Positions 24,938 to 36,860 of a stretch of 64,000 bases of DNA are shown here, one piece after another. The notes under the pieces were generated by a model. The model was not told where the DNA came from. It did no database searches and was given only the letters and a program-made list of their open reading frames with translations. Numbering within the stretch: position 1 is the first letter of the stretch; each line of letters begins with the position of its first letter. A program made the translations under genes and the position numbers. The stretch spans positions 59,830,001 to 59,894,000 of the forward strand of contig NC_042997.1 in the NCBI RefSeq assembly GCF_006345805.1, read 5' to 3'. Source of the DNA: Octopus sinensis. Lineage: Eukaryota.

Positions 24938-26612
24938 CTGAAATTCGACAAGAATATTATGTTTGTTGATGATTTAGGGAAAGTGAACATGCAAAAAATA
25001 AGAATAACATTAGAAGCATCTGAAGAAAAGAAAGTTGGCCGAGTGTTTTCTTTGGTTTCTTTTTACGTTACATATTTATATGGTTGTGTGAAGATTGAGG
25101 GAAGTTCATAATTTTCTCTACGACATAAGCGAAATTATTTCAAATGAAAATTATAATTAGTTCGTAGACGCGAACAAATAAGAACCTACCGCTGCCATTA
25201 TGTCTACCCTCATATTTTCATAACACAAAAAATCTTTGTAAACGCTAAAAATGATGTGGGAATTTGTAGTGTTCAGACCCAAAGTCAACTGAGGTTTGTG
25301 ACTGCGAAGCAATCTCGATATGGCAGGATCTGACCTCTTTACATATAAATGTTAACCTCAATGATTTTCTTAATCTTACAAAAAATATACCCTTAAAATT
25401 AATGGAAATAAGAAAAATATTATTTCCAGACAGTTCATTTCGGAAGTAAAATGAAGCATGTCTATAAGTTTAGAGATTCCAGCGAGAAAATTACACTGAA
25501 ATTTTACATCATAATACAAATATCGATGACATACGTTCACAATATCTGAGAATTAAGTTTAGATGAATTTCTTTTAAAATAAACTTCTAATTATCTTTAA
25601 TCAACATAAGTCACGAAATATCGTTTTGATTCAGAACTTCTAATGAGTGATTCGGAATAAATACCAAGTGACGCTTTAAAGATATCTAGCAAGTTTCAGA
25701 GCAAAAAGCAATTCGTTGATTCTTCGGGAAAGAGAACGAGTTTAAATTGATTATATATATATAAATCTATTTTAATAATTTCCAAAATGCGAACACTGGA
25801 AAGAAATAAAATAAACATAATTCTTTTATTTTAAATATAGTTTTAAAAAGTAAAGAATTGCAGTCAATTAAAATTATTAAAACAAGATATTCATATCTTG
25901 CGATGATTTTCTTTCAATATTTTAGCACGAAATGTACTTTAGCCAAAAGTAAAGATTAATAAAAATGACTTATTAAAACTATTGGCTTGTAGCGTATCAT
26001 AAATTTAAATCAAATATAGTTTCGAGGAATATCATTTATATGATTATTGTTTAAATCGAAAATTATCTTATCATTTTAAGTTTTCAGAGTTTGGGAAAAT
26101 GAATTGTAAATACACATGCAAATTTAAAAACTCCACACTTCAAAATGTTCACCATCAAAACGCAAATCACAGGTTCACAAATATGGCAACCGAATGTAAT
26201 TGTGGTTTGTTAAAGGAAACGATAATCAGGAAATGGGAAAATCAAAATATGGGAGGTAAAAGAAAACAAAATGTAATAATGGTTTTTTAAAAAAATAAAT
26301 AAACAGAATTGCATATTTATGATAAAATGATGCTAGAATGTAATCTTGATATTTCATCGCTGATTAACAGATAAATATTTAGTGTGTAAAATTGTGATGT
26401 AATTTCAGCAGAAGTATGTTTCATGGGATGGGGATGGTCAGATAGCAGAAAAAAGGCATATAAAGGGAAAAAAGATTTAGCAGAGCCAAACTATTAGAGT
26501 GCAGGCGAAGGTGGGATGAATTTAGGCTGCGTTCGATTAAGATTTCCCATGATTCCATACGTCTGAGTATCACGTTTTTCTTTATGTATATACATATATA
26601 TATATATATATG

Positions 26613-26649
<37 letters not shown>

Positions 26650-26975
26650 GAGAGAGATTTATATATACACAAATAGCGCCATTGAAATATAAGGAGAGAA
26701 AGAAGAAAGTTGAACGAAAGAAAAAAGAAAGGAAGAGAGAGAGAGAGAGAGAGGAAAGAGAGGGAGAGAGAGAGAGGGAGATAGATAGATAGAGTTTGAG
26801 AGAAAGAAATTTAAAGATTAGATTCGGATTAGTTGGAATGATTTTGGGTAGATAACACGCTAAAGTTTACTCTAAATGTATAAAATATTTTGGAGCGATA
26901 TTAGTCCCTAGTGAAATTAACTTTAGTAATATAGTAGAATATTATAATTATTTTTGTCATTATCGTTGCTGTTGC

Positions 26976-27008
<33 letters not shown>

Positions 27009-27966
27009 AAAATAAGGCAAAGACTAAAAATTTTATCCTAACTTATAGTTGTTTTAGGGAAATGAAATATTGCTTCTACAGTTCAGATTGAACAACCATT
27101 CTTCTATATGAATGTGCATTCGAACTATATTTTAGCCTGATTATTGAATAACTTCTTTCTGTTTTACTCTCTCTTTTTGAAAGAAATTGGCTGTGGTCAG
27201 ACCTAGAGAGGAGTAGGTTCTGCCAAAATCTAAACAATGCCAAAAACACGTCACGTATCGCAACGGCAACCACTTAACTTCATGTAGGAGTAAAGGAGGC
27301 AAGGCAAGGCAAGGCAAAACAAAGCAATTGTAAATTAACCTTTCATCTCAACAAAAAGGTTATTACCAATAATACAATGGACCGATTACAAAACAAAAGC
27401 CTTCATTATACTGAAGAATCCCTTATTATATTCAAGAGGACTTTTGGAAATTTCTTGGAATTATAGTATATAAATGACTTGCAGAACAGTTGAATTTGTC
27501 AGCTTTTGACCATTTCAACTATTTTATTATCTTAATTTCAGGGATCTTCACATCTCAAAAAGGTAAGATGATTCCGAGAAGGAATTTCTCTTTACATTTG
27601 TTAAGAGCGCAATGCTATAGCTATATTAAGTAAACGGACAATACTATACTATACAGGTTAACAGATATCCTTGGTAGTGGCCTAATACTTAGGATAACAC
27701 TCAACTAGGTAGAAAACTAACATTATAATAGGTACAGTGCTAATTAATAAACTTGATATTTTACTGACATTATGAAATAGCTTTTGAGTGAAAATCTCCA
27801 GTTTTAGAAAGAAATGAGTAAAGAATAACTTCTCTGTTTAAGTATAATATACAGAATGTATCGGGATGTATCTCAGAAGATTTTATCATAAATATTTTGT
27901 AGGAGTCATATTAACAATCTTATCTTGCACTTTGCTGTGTAGATATGTTGAATAAAATTGTGTATT

Positions 27967-28073
<107 letters not shown>

Positions 28074-29345
28074 ATTTCAATATAAATTATATGTACATCG
28101 TAAGAAACAGATATTAAACTTTTAGACATTGTCTACCCAGAATCCAATCGAAATGTTTTTATAAATTAATACAATTATTTAATGTATTAAATCTGTATTA
28201 GTAAAACTTATGCTTTGGTAAGATAGTTTCATTGTTATGTATATGAACTGTTATTTCTTTTAAAAGCGACACATTTTTATTTTGTTATTTTCTTTTTAAA
28301 AGGAAAGATTTCTCAAGTTAATGAAATGAAAGAAAGGCCGGAATAAAACTTCCAAGGTATAGAAAGAAGGGAATAATTTAGGAGAGAAGTTAGAAGAGAA
28401 AAGCCTTAAAAGAAGGCAAACATGCAAGAAAAATTTCTCAGGTTTTGTTTTAGCCATATATAGCAGTTCTAGTTTATTTCAGCGTAAATACTTAACCCTT
28501 AAATTCACCCTTACATTGTCCTTTAATTATGGGACAAATAATTTTACATGATAACATCAATGCTTCTGAATTCTAACAAATTTATAATGACTTTAACTAA
28601 AACTAATTTGTTTGTATTGATTATAACTCTACTTTACAGTTATATTTATTTTTACATCAAAGCGACTGCATTAAATCTGGTATTAAATTTATAAAGCAAA
28701 GATAGTATCTATATTTTGCTCCATATCGGTAGATACATGAACTGGCTCCAATGGAAAATGTAAATCGAATTTAAATAGAATCAGTATTGAAATAACTCGG
28801 TTTATTGCATTGCGAAGAAATAAACTGTATATAAGTGTTTTAAGAATAAAAGTGTCTTAAACTATGACCCATAGAATTATTTGATATAGGTAGCTGGTAT
28901 TAGAATTTTAATACTTGATTTATAGGTATGTTAAGAACAAGACAGTACTTACAACTTTTCAAGTACCTTGTAATTTATATTTTATTTCAGTCCTATATTG
29001 CGCTATATGAGAAACGGGATATATCTTGCTATCATGGGAGTTTTTGAGATAAAATTATGCCATAGTAAAAGTCTGTGTTATTTATTTACATTAAGCAATA
29101 GTTAGGGAATTATTAAATTGTAAAACATAATTTTTAGGACAAAAAGGGAAGCAGTTAGATGAATCAGGACAGGCGCGAGGAAAGAGCAAGTACACAGAAG
29201 CTTGTATTTCAGGGATCACAATCAGTTCTTGAAGAAAGAAAAGGAAGATTTTTGAAAATTTTCATTTTAATTCTGTTGTTGAGCATGTATATTTCAGGGA
29301 ATATATTTTTGTGTGTCTGCTGGCGATATATATGTATATATATGT

Positions 29346-29474
<129 letters not shown>

Positions 29475-30050
29475 GTATATATATATACATACATACACAA
29501 ATACATACATACACATACACACAAACATATATATATATATATGCCATATTTTTGTGAGTATGACTGCAAATATGGCAGGATATGCTGGAGCAGAGACAAG
29601 TAACTGAATATATGGAGCACAGGGAAATGGAAATGGATTTTAAGGAGTTGAAGTATCAAAAAGGGATGCACGCAAAGAGAAAAATCAAGACGTATATAAG
29701 GTAAAAATTGAAGCTGAAATAATAGAAAAAGATTTTATATAAACAAGTTGAATCATGCTGAGTTAAGACTTAAACTCAAACATGCACCATACTTACTATA
29801 ACCCAGCGTCACATTTTGCTCACCTGGAATTCAAACTTAGAAATTTGTAACCATGACAAGAGATTAAATGAGAGAAATGGACCCAAGTATGAGTGGGTTG
29901 TACATACCTATGTGTGTGTTGATACACACACAAATATGTATATGTATATATATATGTGTGTGTGTATGTGTGTGCGTATGTTTGCGAGAGTATGTGCTCG
30001 AATGTGTATGAATGTGTGTGAATGAATTTCTGATGTGCTTATACACAGTA

Positions 30051-30849
30051 TACGTGGTCTGATCAATAAGTATCAGGACTGTTGTCATAGTGATGATGCT
30101 AAAGCACGCAGAGTAAAGCTGCTTGGCTCAGATTGACCTTGGAAGGACCGTCTGTAGCGTGTGATCGTCGTATTGACCATGACAAAGGAAGTTGAGCAGA
30201 GAATCTGCATCAAATTTTGCCAAAATCTTGGGAATACCTGCTCAGAGGTCAACGCAGAGCTTTCAAAAGGTTTTCATCGTTCTCGACACAATTAAGGAGA
30301 TCTTGTGAAACTGAAACCCGAGTGTCCTTTTGGTCAGCTGAAAGCAGATTTGGCACAAACTTAGCAGACACGCGTCTCATACCCAAATATTCAGTGATAA
30401 TGGACTGATCTGAATCGTAACTAATCTGCACATCCTCTGATACCTTACGGATGGTAATTTGACAATTTTCCCTCACAGCTGCACGCACATGTTTTTCTCA
30501 ATTCTGCTGGTTACAGGTCTCCCAGAACGTTCGTGAATATGGATATTTTTTCAGCCATCATAGAAACATCTGAACCACTCGCATATTTGTTTGCGGTTCA
30601 TACATTCCTCTCTATTTACTTTATGTAACTTTGCGGAGGCCTCTTAGCAGGTATCGCCATGGCAACTTTCTCTGTCACGATCAATCCTTCCAAGCACTGC
30701 TGTAAACAATGGAAGGGAGTTAGAACATTAAAACTTACTGCGCATAGACAGCAGAGTTTAAGATTAATTTATGCCAAGAGGCTTTACTCCGCGTGCTTTA
30801 GTTTCGTTACTATGGCAACAGTCCGGATACTTATTGATCAGACCGCGTA
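30051..30849. mobile_element. Non-autonomous mariner built from two 5' ends in inverted orientation
   Basis: TA-flanked long inverted termini (cgtggtctgatcaataagtatc... / ...gatacttattgatcagaccgcg). Plus strand at 30179 reads MTKEVEQRICIKFCQNLG. Minus strand 30249-30690 reads ...EWF..F...ERSGRP...LGMRRVSAKFVP.LL. Confidence 0.9.
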
Positions 30850-31389
30850 TTATTGAGCATATTTATATATCTGAAGTTAAAAAAAATCATTTATATATCA
30901 TATATTGTTGATATACCAGATGTTTTGTACGGTAAGCTGATGATGTCTAAGATAACAGATGTAAATTTCAAGCAATCCATACATACTTAAAAAATGTTAA
31001 TGAATTTCGGTCATAATTTCCGACATGAATTTATAATGGTACGATGAATTAAATCTCATGATAATTAATTTAACGTGTAAATGAAATCAACGTGACTGTG
31101 TAAAAAGAATGAGCTGGACCTTTGATTTACGGGCACAGTTTATCCATTCAGATTCTAAACTGCTTCCGTTTAATTCAATTTAATTCACAAGGTATGGGTT
31201 GATCTGAGACTATATAAAATGATATTGCATAGGATGCCACGCAGTCGGATCGAACACAAACTTTGTGATTGCGAAACGTATTTTAAATCATTCAGCCATA
31301 TTATGCCTACAGTACATACTGATATTTACATAAAAATGTATACATATATATAATAGAAAGAGAGAGACAGAGAAAAACAAAACTCAGCA

Positions 31390-32073
31390 GTCAGAAGATT
31401 TCTCAACATGGGGATACTTCATAAAGATATACATAAATATAAATATGTAGATAGAATATAAAATATAAAACATAAATATACTGCACAATGTTGCAGAAAG
31501 TAATTGGAAGAGGAGTGCATGAGCCGCACACAAGTGTACGAATGGTTTAGACGTTTCCAAACTGGCCGAAATATGTCCATATTGACGGTATATCGTATGA
31601 AATTGTATGTCCGTGTTTGGAATCAATGAGATAACTATTATACATGCACGGTCAATATTGCATTAATCCAAATTATCACATAGATGAAAGGGTGGTTCAA
31701 AATTATTTAAAGAAGAATCCATAGATATATCCAGTGAAAGTTCAAATTCCTACAGCCGTTTCATATGGAAATGATTCGCCCATTTCATACCACATGTTCT
31801 TGAAACGGCCGTAATAATTTGAACTTTTACTAGATTTATCTATGGATTCCTCTTTAAATCATTTTGAACCACTCTTTCATCTAGATGATAATTTGGATTA
31901 ATGCAATATTGACCGTGCATATATAATAGCTTTCTTATTGATTCCAAACACGGACGTACAATTTTATATGATGTCATTCGAGTATATTTATGTTTTATAT
32001 TTTATATTGTATCTACATATTTATATTTACATATATTTTTATGAAGTATTCCGATGTTGTGAAATCTACTGAC
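31390..32073. repeat. Long fold-back, probably inverted Penelope-type pseudo-LTRs
   Basis: Arms about 31390-31763 and 31801-32073. Both inner ends carry a GAAACGG(C/T)CGTA-like hammerhead half. The left arm has a ~105-bp mariner-like insert. Confidence 0.9.
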
Positions 32074-32375
32074 GAAATGTATTCTGACTCCTGAAATTTG
32101 TTCTCTTTTTATCAATCTTTATATTTCATGTTGCTCTATTAATTAGAGCGCTAAGTTATTGTTCTGTACAGGGAGTTGTTTTCCTTTCTATCTGATTATA
32201 TATATATATCTATATATATTATATATATATATTATATATATATATATATATATATCTATATATATATATATATACATATATATACATATACATACATATA
32301 ATACATATATATACATATATATATATACATACATGCACACACACGTATATATATGAAGTTAAACAAAATAATGAT

Positions 32376-32517
32376 AAAGCATTTAATACGTACGTCTCAG
32401 ATCTTGTGTAATATATATATAGTAGGTAATACATCCCCTTACGCAAAATCTTCTGCAGTTAATATATTCCTATCATATATTACGCAAGGTCTGAAACGTA
32501 CGTATTAAATGCTTTAA
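32376..32517. repeat. Inverted repeat with ~41-bp arms overlapping the decayed hammerhead
   Basis: taaagcatttaatacgtacgtctcagatcttgtgtaatata pairs with tatattacgcaaggtctgaaacgtacgtattaaatgcttta. Confidence 0.85.
32383..32462 (-). ncRNA. Decayed type I hammerhead ribozyme
   Basis: ttaa-CTGCAGA-agattttgcgtaa...ttacacaagatct-GAGAC-gtac-GTA-ttaa. Same architecture as the other two, with two core substitutions; the adjacent inverted copy keeps GAAACGTACGTA. Confidence 0.6.
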
Positions 32518-32687
32518 AAAATATCAATAATTGGTTTGAATGCATTATTACAAGTTATATGACTTGGTGTAAACACAAACTAGTCTGTCCTGACTCCTCT
32601 AATGAGGATTCGGAGTAGTTTGCTAGTTGGGTCGTGTTGAAAATTCTGGTACTGTGCATTGCGTCTAAGGAAAACACGAAATTGTAC

Positions 32688-32760
<73 letters not shown>

Positions 32761-33311
32761 CACACACACACACACAAGAAGTGTCCTTACTTTTGTAAGT
32801 CGCTAAGTTGTGATCTGAGGGAGATTTGTCGGCTATTAATAATATATAAACAGATGACGTAGAGCCTCATTCGATGGCTCAATAATCATTACCGTAAAGA
32901 AAGCAGATGAGCTGCCGCCGCTTTCTGTTTTACAGTTTCAGGATCACTTTAGTCTTTCCGTTTCTCGAAAGCCTGCTAATATATTGTACCGTTGTCCGAT
33001 ACCATATAGCTAAACAGTAACCGCTTTTCTTTATTGTGATCTACATGCACTTCAATTTGTCCGCGCTCAATAGAAATGTTCCGCAACGTAATGTTTAAGT
33101 AGGTCATAGCGTACGTAGCTTTGATACTTCTTCCGTAACGATAGATATTTAGCAGAAAATGATCGATCCAAGGTGGATAAAAAAGATCTCCCTTTCGAAT
33201 GAAAAAGCGCCTACCAATTACTTACTCGATTAGATCGGTGGTCCTTCGTAAAGTTTTCAATATCAGAATACCCGGTAGACTATTAATGAGTGCAACATGT
33301 TCATCTCCAGT

Positions 33312-33388
<77 letters not shown>

Positions 33389-34535
33389 TACACACACACA
33401 CACACACAAACGCACACACAAACGCACACATACATGTATACATAAAAGTGTGCGTTTGTGTGTGTCTGTATATATGCGTTCATATGTGTTAAAGTGTATA
33501 TTTCAAGGCACACTCACACACACACACATAAACACACACACACACACCTCCCTATATTTACATAGGTGAAAAATAAATATTTTGTAATATTCTTAAATTG
33601 GATATTTGAATATGAGAACAATGCTTCCCATATTTTTCAAATTAACAACTATTGTTGAACTTTGCAATTGCGATTTGACATTCACTTTACAAAAGGTTTT
33701 AATATAATCTAAATATAATTGAATCAGTGATAACAAAATATTTTAAAATTTGTTATTAATTGGCTTATAAATTATATTGATCACGCAAGGAAATGTTTTG
33801 TGTTATTGGTATTGATTACATGTACTATTTAAAACATAGCATATAGAAGAGAATGTAGATGTCGAAGACAGGCAAAATTCTATTGCTCACTAGATTTAAT
33901 TTTAGACATCGTTAGGGATAGATACGAAGGTAGATTAATCGGCTATTAAATTCATTTATGTAGTACCTTCCCTTGCGCAGTGACATTCGATAAAATAAAT
34001 AAATACCTCTACGAGTAGTCTCTGTTGCATTACAGGGATACTAATTCTCGAGAATGACTCCCTAAAATATGTCAAGCAAATACCTGCTTGTTATTCATTT
34101 ATTAGCACAATTTAAAGCGCAAATCCCTCCAGATGTTCACGCCTAAAACTTGAATGAAAAATAGACCAGTGTGACTTTACGTGAAAGCGTCCGTAAGTAG
34201 AAATTTCTCGTGACCGGTTTGTTTTGATATAATATTTGTGCGAAAAAGATTAGAGAAGTTGTAATGATATTTTAGGACAATAGATTTTGACATGAAGATG
34301 TCATGAGTTTAATTTAGAAATCTTTCTTTTAAATGTAATTGATGAAAGAAAAGTCAAAAGAAAAAATGCTGCAAAAAGAAAACATCAGTTTCAGAGTAAA
34401 TCTGAAAATATATCGATAACATTATATGGTGAGTATACAATCTGCACCAGACTTTTTCCAGAACAGTTTGTGGAAGATAAGGGAAATAAACATGTATGAA
34501 TTACAGCAGGTAATATCAGCATAAGTGCTGCGATG

Positions 34536-34566
<31 letters not shown>

Positions 34567-34624
34567 ATATATATATATGTGATATATATATATATATATA
34601 TATAATATATATATATTATATATA

Positions 34625-34675
<51 letters not shown>

Positions 34676-34891
34676 TATATATATATGTATACACACACAT
34701 ACACACATATATATGTATATATACACGCACATATACAAATATACATATTTATACGCACGAAGCAACATAAGCACGGAAAAGAACTCAAAATAAAAGTTTA
34801 ACTTCATAATGATCTTACATTAAATTATGTTTACACTTCGTTAATGTCATTTTAAATGGTGGCTTCCATAATGGTTGGTATAATATATATA

Positions 34892-34958
<67 letters not shown>

Positions 34959-34960
34959 TA

Positions 34961-35024
<64 letters not shown>

Positions 35025-35191
35025 ATATATATATATGAATATATAATATATATAAGTATAAATATATATATATTATATATATAATACGCGCATATTCATA
35101 TACACCTATGTATACATAATTACATACATACTCAAACCTATACATGCACACACACACACACGTATACACATGTACACTCACACATATACAA

Positions 35192-35237
<46 letters not shown>

Positions 35238-35309
35238 GTGTGTATAAAGTATTATTACAAGCGAATGATAATTTATTTTATGATGAATTATGTGAGTAAC
35301 TATACTTAC

Positions 35310-35401
35310 TTAAACATAGGTCGTTAACACATTTTGTGTCCTCTGGACATTTTGAGCAAGGTTTACCAGGTTCATATATTTTCTTCGTGTCTTCAGGTAA
35401 T
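35310..35401 (-). CDS. CAP-superfamily gene, exon B (cysteine-rich hinge)
   Basis: Acceptor ctttcttgctttcttgtctag, donor gtaagt; 92 bp, phase 2 to 1. Translates (R)LPEDTKKIYEPGKPCSKCPEDTKCVNDLCL, the CRISP-type hinge Y..G.PC..CP...C...LC. Joins exon A in frame with canonical Y.P...Y..G.PC spacing. Confidence 0.92.
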
Positions 35402-36029
35402 CTAGACAAGAAAGCAAGAAAGCGAAACAAATATTTTACATCTTGTGAAAAGTTGGCTTTACAAGACATGTAGTGGTGTGTAGAAACATTTAACATTATT
35501 CATATAAACAACGACATAAAATGCTCTCTAGATTTATCTTTGTTCACAGTGGTCCATGATTTTATTTTTGTGTTAGTATTTTTCTTTCCCGATATTTTTC
35601 CTAAATTTTCTCAACATTAAAAGGAAATTCCAGCAATAACTTATGTAAAGGCATAACTAATACAGTAGCCAAACATCATCGTATTTGTCGAGTTCTTCTT
35701 TATCATTTGATATATTTTCTGCTCTCTTCATTTGGTTATTCGATGCAGTATGTCTAACGATTAATTTATCATTCTCTATAAACAGAATCTATATTTCTTC
35801 CTCCCTATCTTTCAGTCTTTTTTTTCTTACATTCAGTAACAGTATGCATCGTTTCTCTCTTTCCTCGCACTCATCAGTCGTCTCTCTATTTTGTAGCAAT
35901 ATTTCTTACTTTATGTAGATACTCATTGCATTTTCTCTTCTCATATCTCTAAAGGTTGTTTTTTTTTTACTTGTATGGAACACAAATCATGCGGACATTA
36001 CACATATAGATGTCTAATGCAAAGACGTA

Positions 36030-36300
36030 CTTACGCACAAGAACATACTGGCTTCTGCTCCCGGAGCTGACTGATCCCATATCTCCACCACTGAGGAACT
36101 CCTGACCCATTCGTCATTCCTCCACTCGCGACCCTTGTTGTGTCCAAACCAGGCTTCACTTTAAGCACTGTACCTAGTTCTTTCCTCCCAGAATGTTAGC
36201 CTTCTGTAATCTCCTCCCGACTCCGCTTATGTCCCTCCTTTAAACGGCTTCAAGTTGAACATTAGCAGAGTGCTAGCAAAGGTCCTTCAAGTCCACTAAG
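36030..36300 (+). mobile_element. LINE 3'-end relic (L2/CR1/Jockey-group ORF2 C-terminus)
   Basis: Remnants GFCS-ELTDPI...FFLPRM-..NLLP...LNGFKLNI. Confidence 0.55.
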
Positions 36301-36322
36301 TAATGTATATATATATATATGC

Positions 36323-36429
36323 AAATAAATAACAAGGATGTCCAGGTATCAATGCATTACGGCCGTTTCAGGCGGCTCCATTTAATCGGGCGTAATGTAT
36401 TGATACCTAGACATCCTTGTTACTTATTT
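36323..36429. repeat. Inverted repeat with ~39-bp arms and a hammerhead half-site remnant
   Basis: Arms 36323-36361 and 36391-36429. The segment tacggccgtttc reads GAAACGGCCGTA on the minus strand. Confidence 0.85.
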
Positions 36430-36514
36430 TCATTTTGTTCACCTAACTTCTAGCTACACGGACTTTACCGAACTGGCTTGGTACCGCAATTTAAGTACCT
36501 AATTCAACTGAATC

Positions 36515-36586
<72 letters not shown>

Positions 36587-36649
36587 GGGTGGGCGTGTGT
36601 GTGTATCACAAAAGGATCAAAGGTTTTCCCTGTGTTATAGAGTCATAAG

Positions 36650-36860
36650 CAAGGCTTCCCGGATACTGTGGTGTATATGCTCCAGCCCAATCTCTGGACG
36701 GGACACCAGTCCGTCACAGGATTACGCATTTTTGCCAGGTGAATGGACTGAAGCAACGTGAAATGGAGTGTTTTGCTCAAGAAAACAACACATCACGCGG
36801 TCCACGAATCGGATCCACAATCTTACGTTCATTAGTGTATCATCCTAACCACTAAGGCAC
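36650..36860 (-). mobile_element. SINE related to 16664-16920
   Basis: Reverse complement contains gccttagtggttaggatg...tgtgttttcttgagcaaaacact...aatcctgtgacggactgg. Confidence 0.85.

Noticed and set aside
35520-35940. Purine-rich, partly open minus-strand frame (a similar one at 45830-46210)
   Set aside because: Multiple stops and no motif recognised; probably old element debris.
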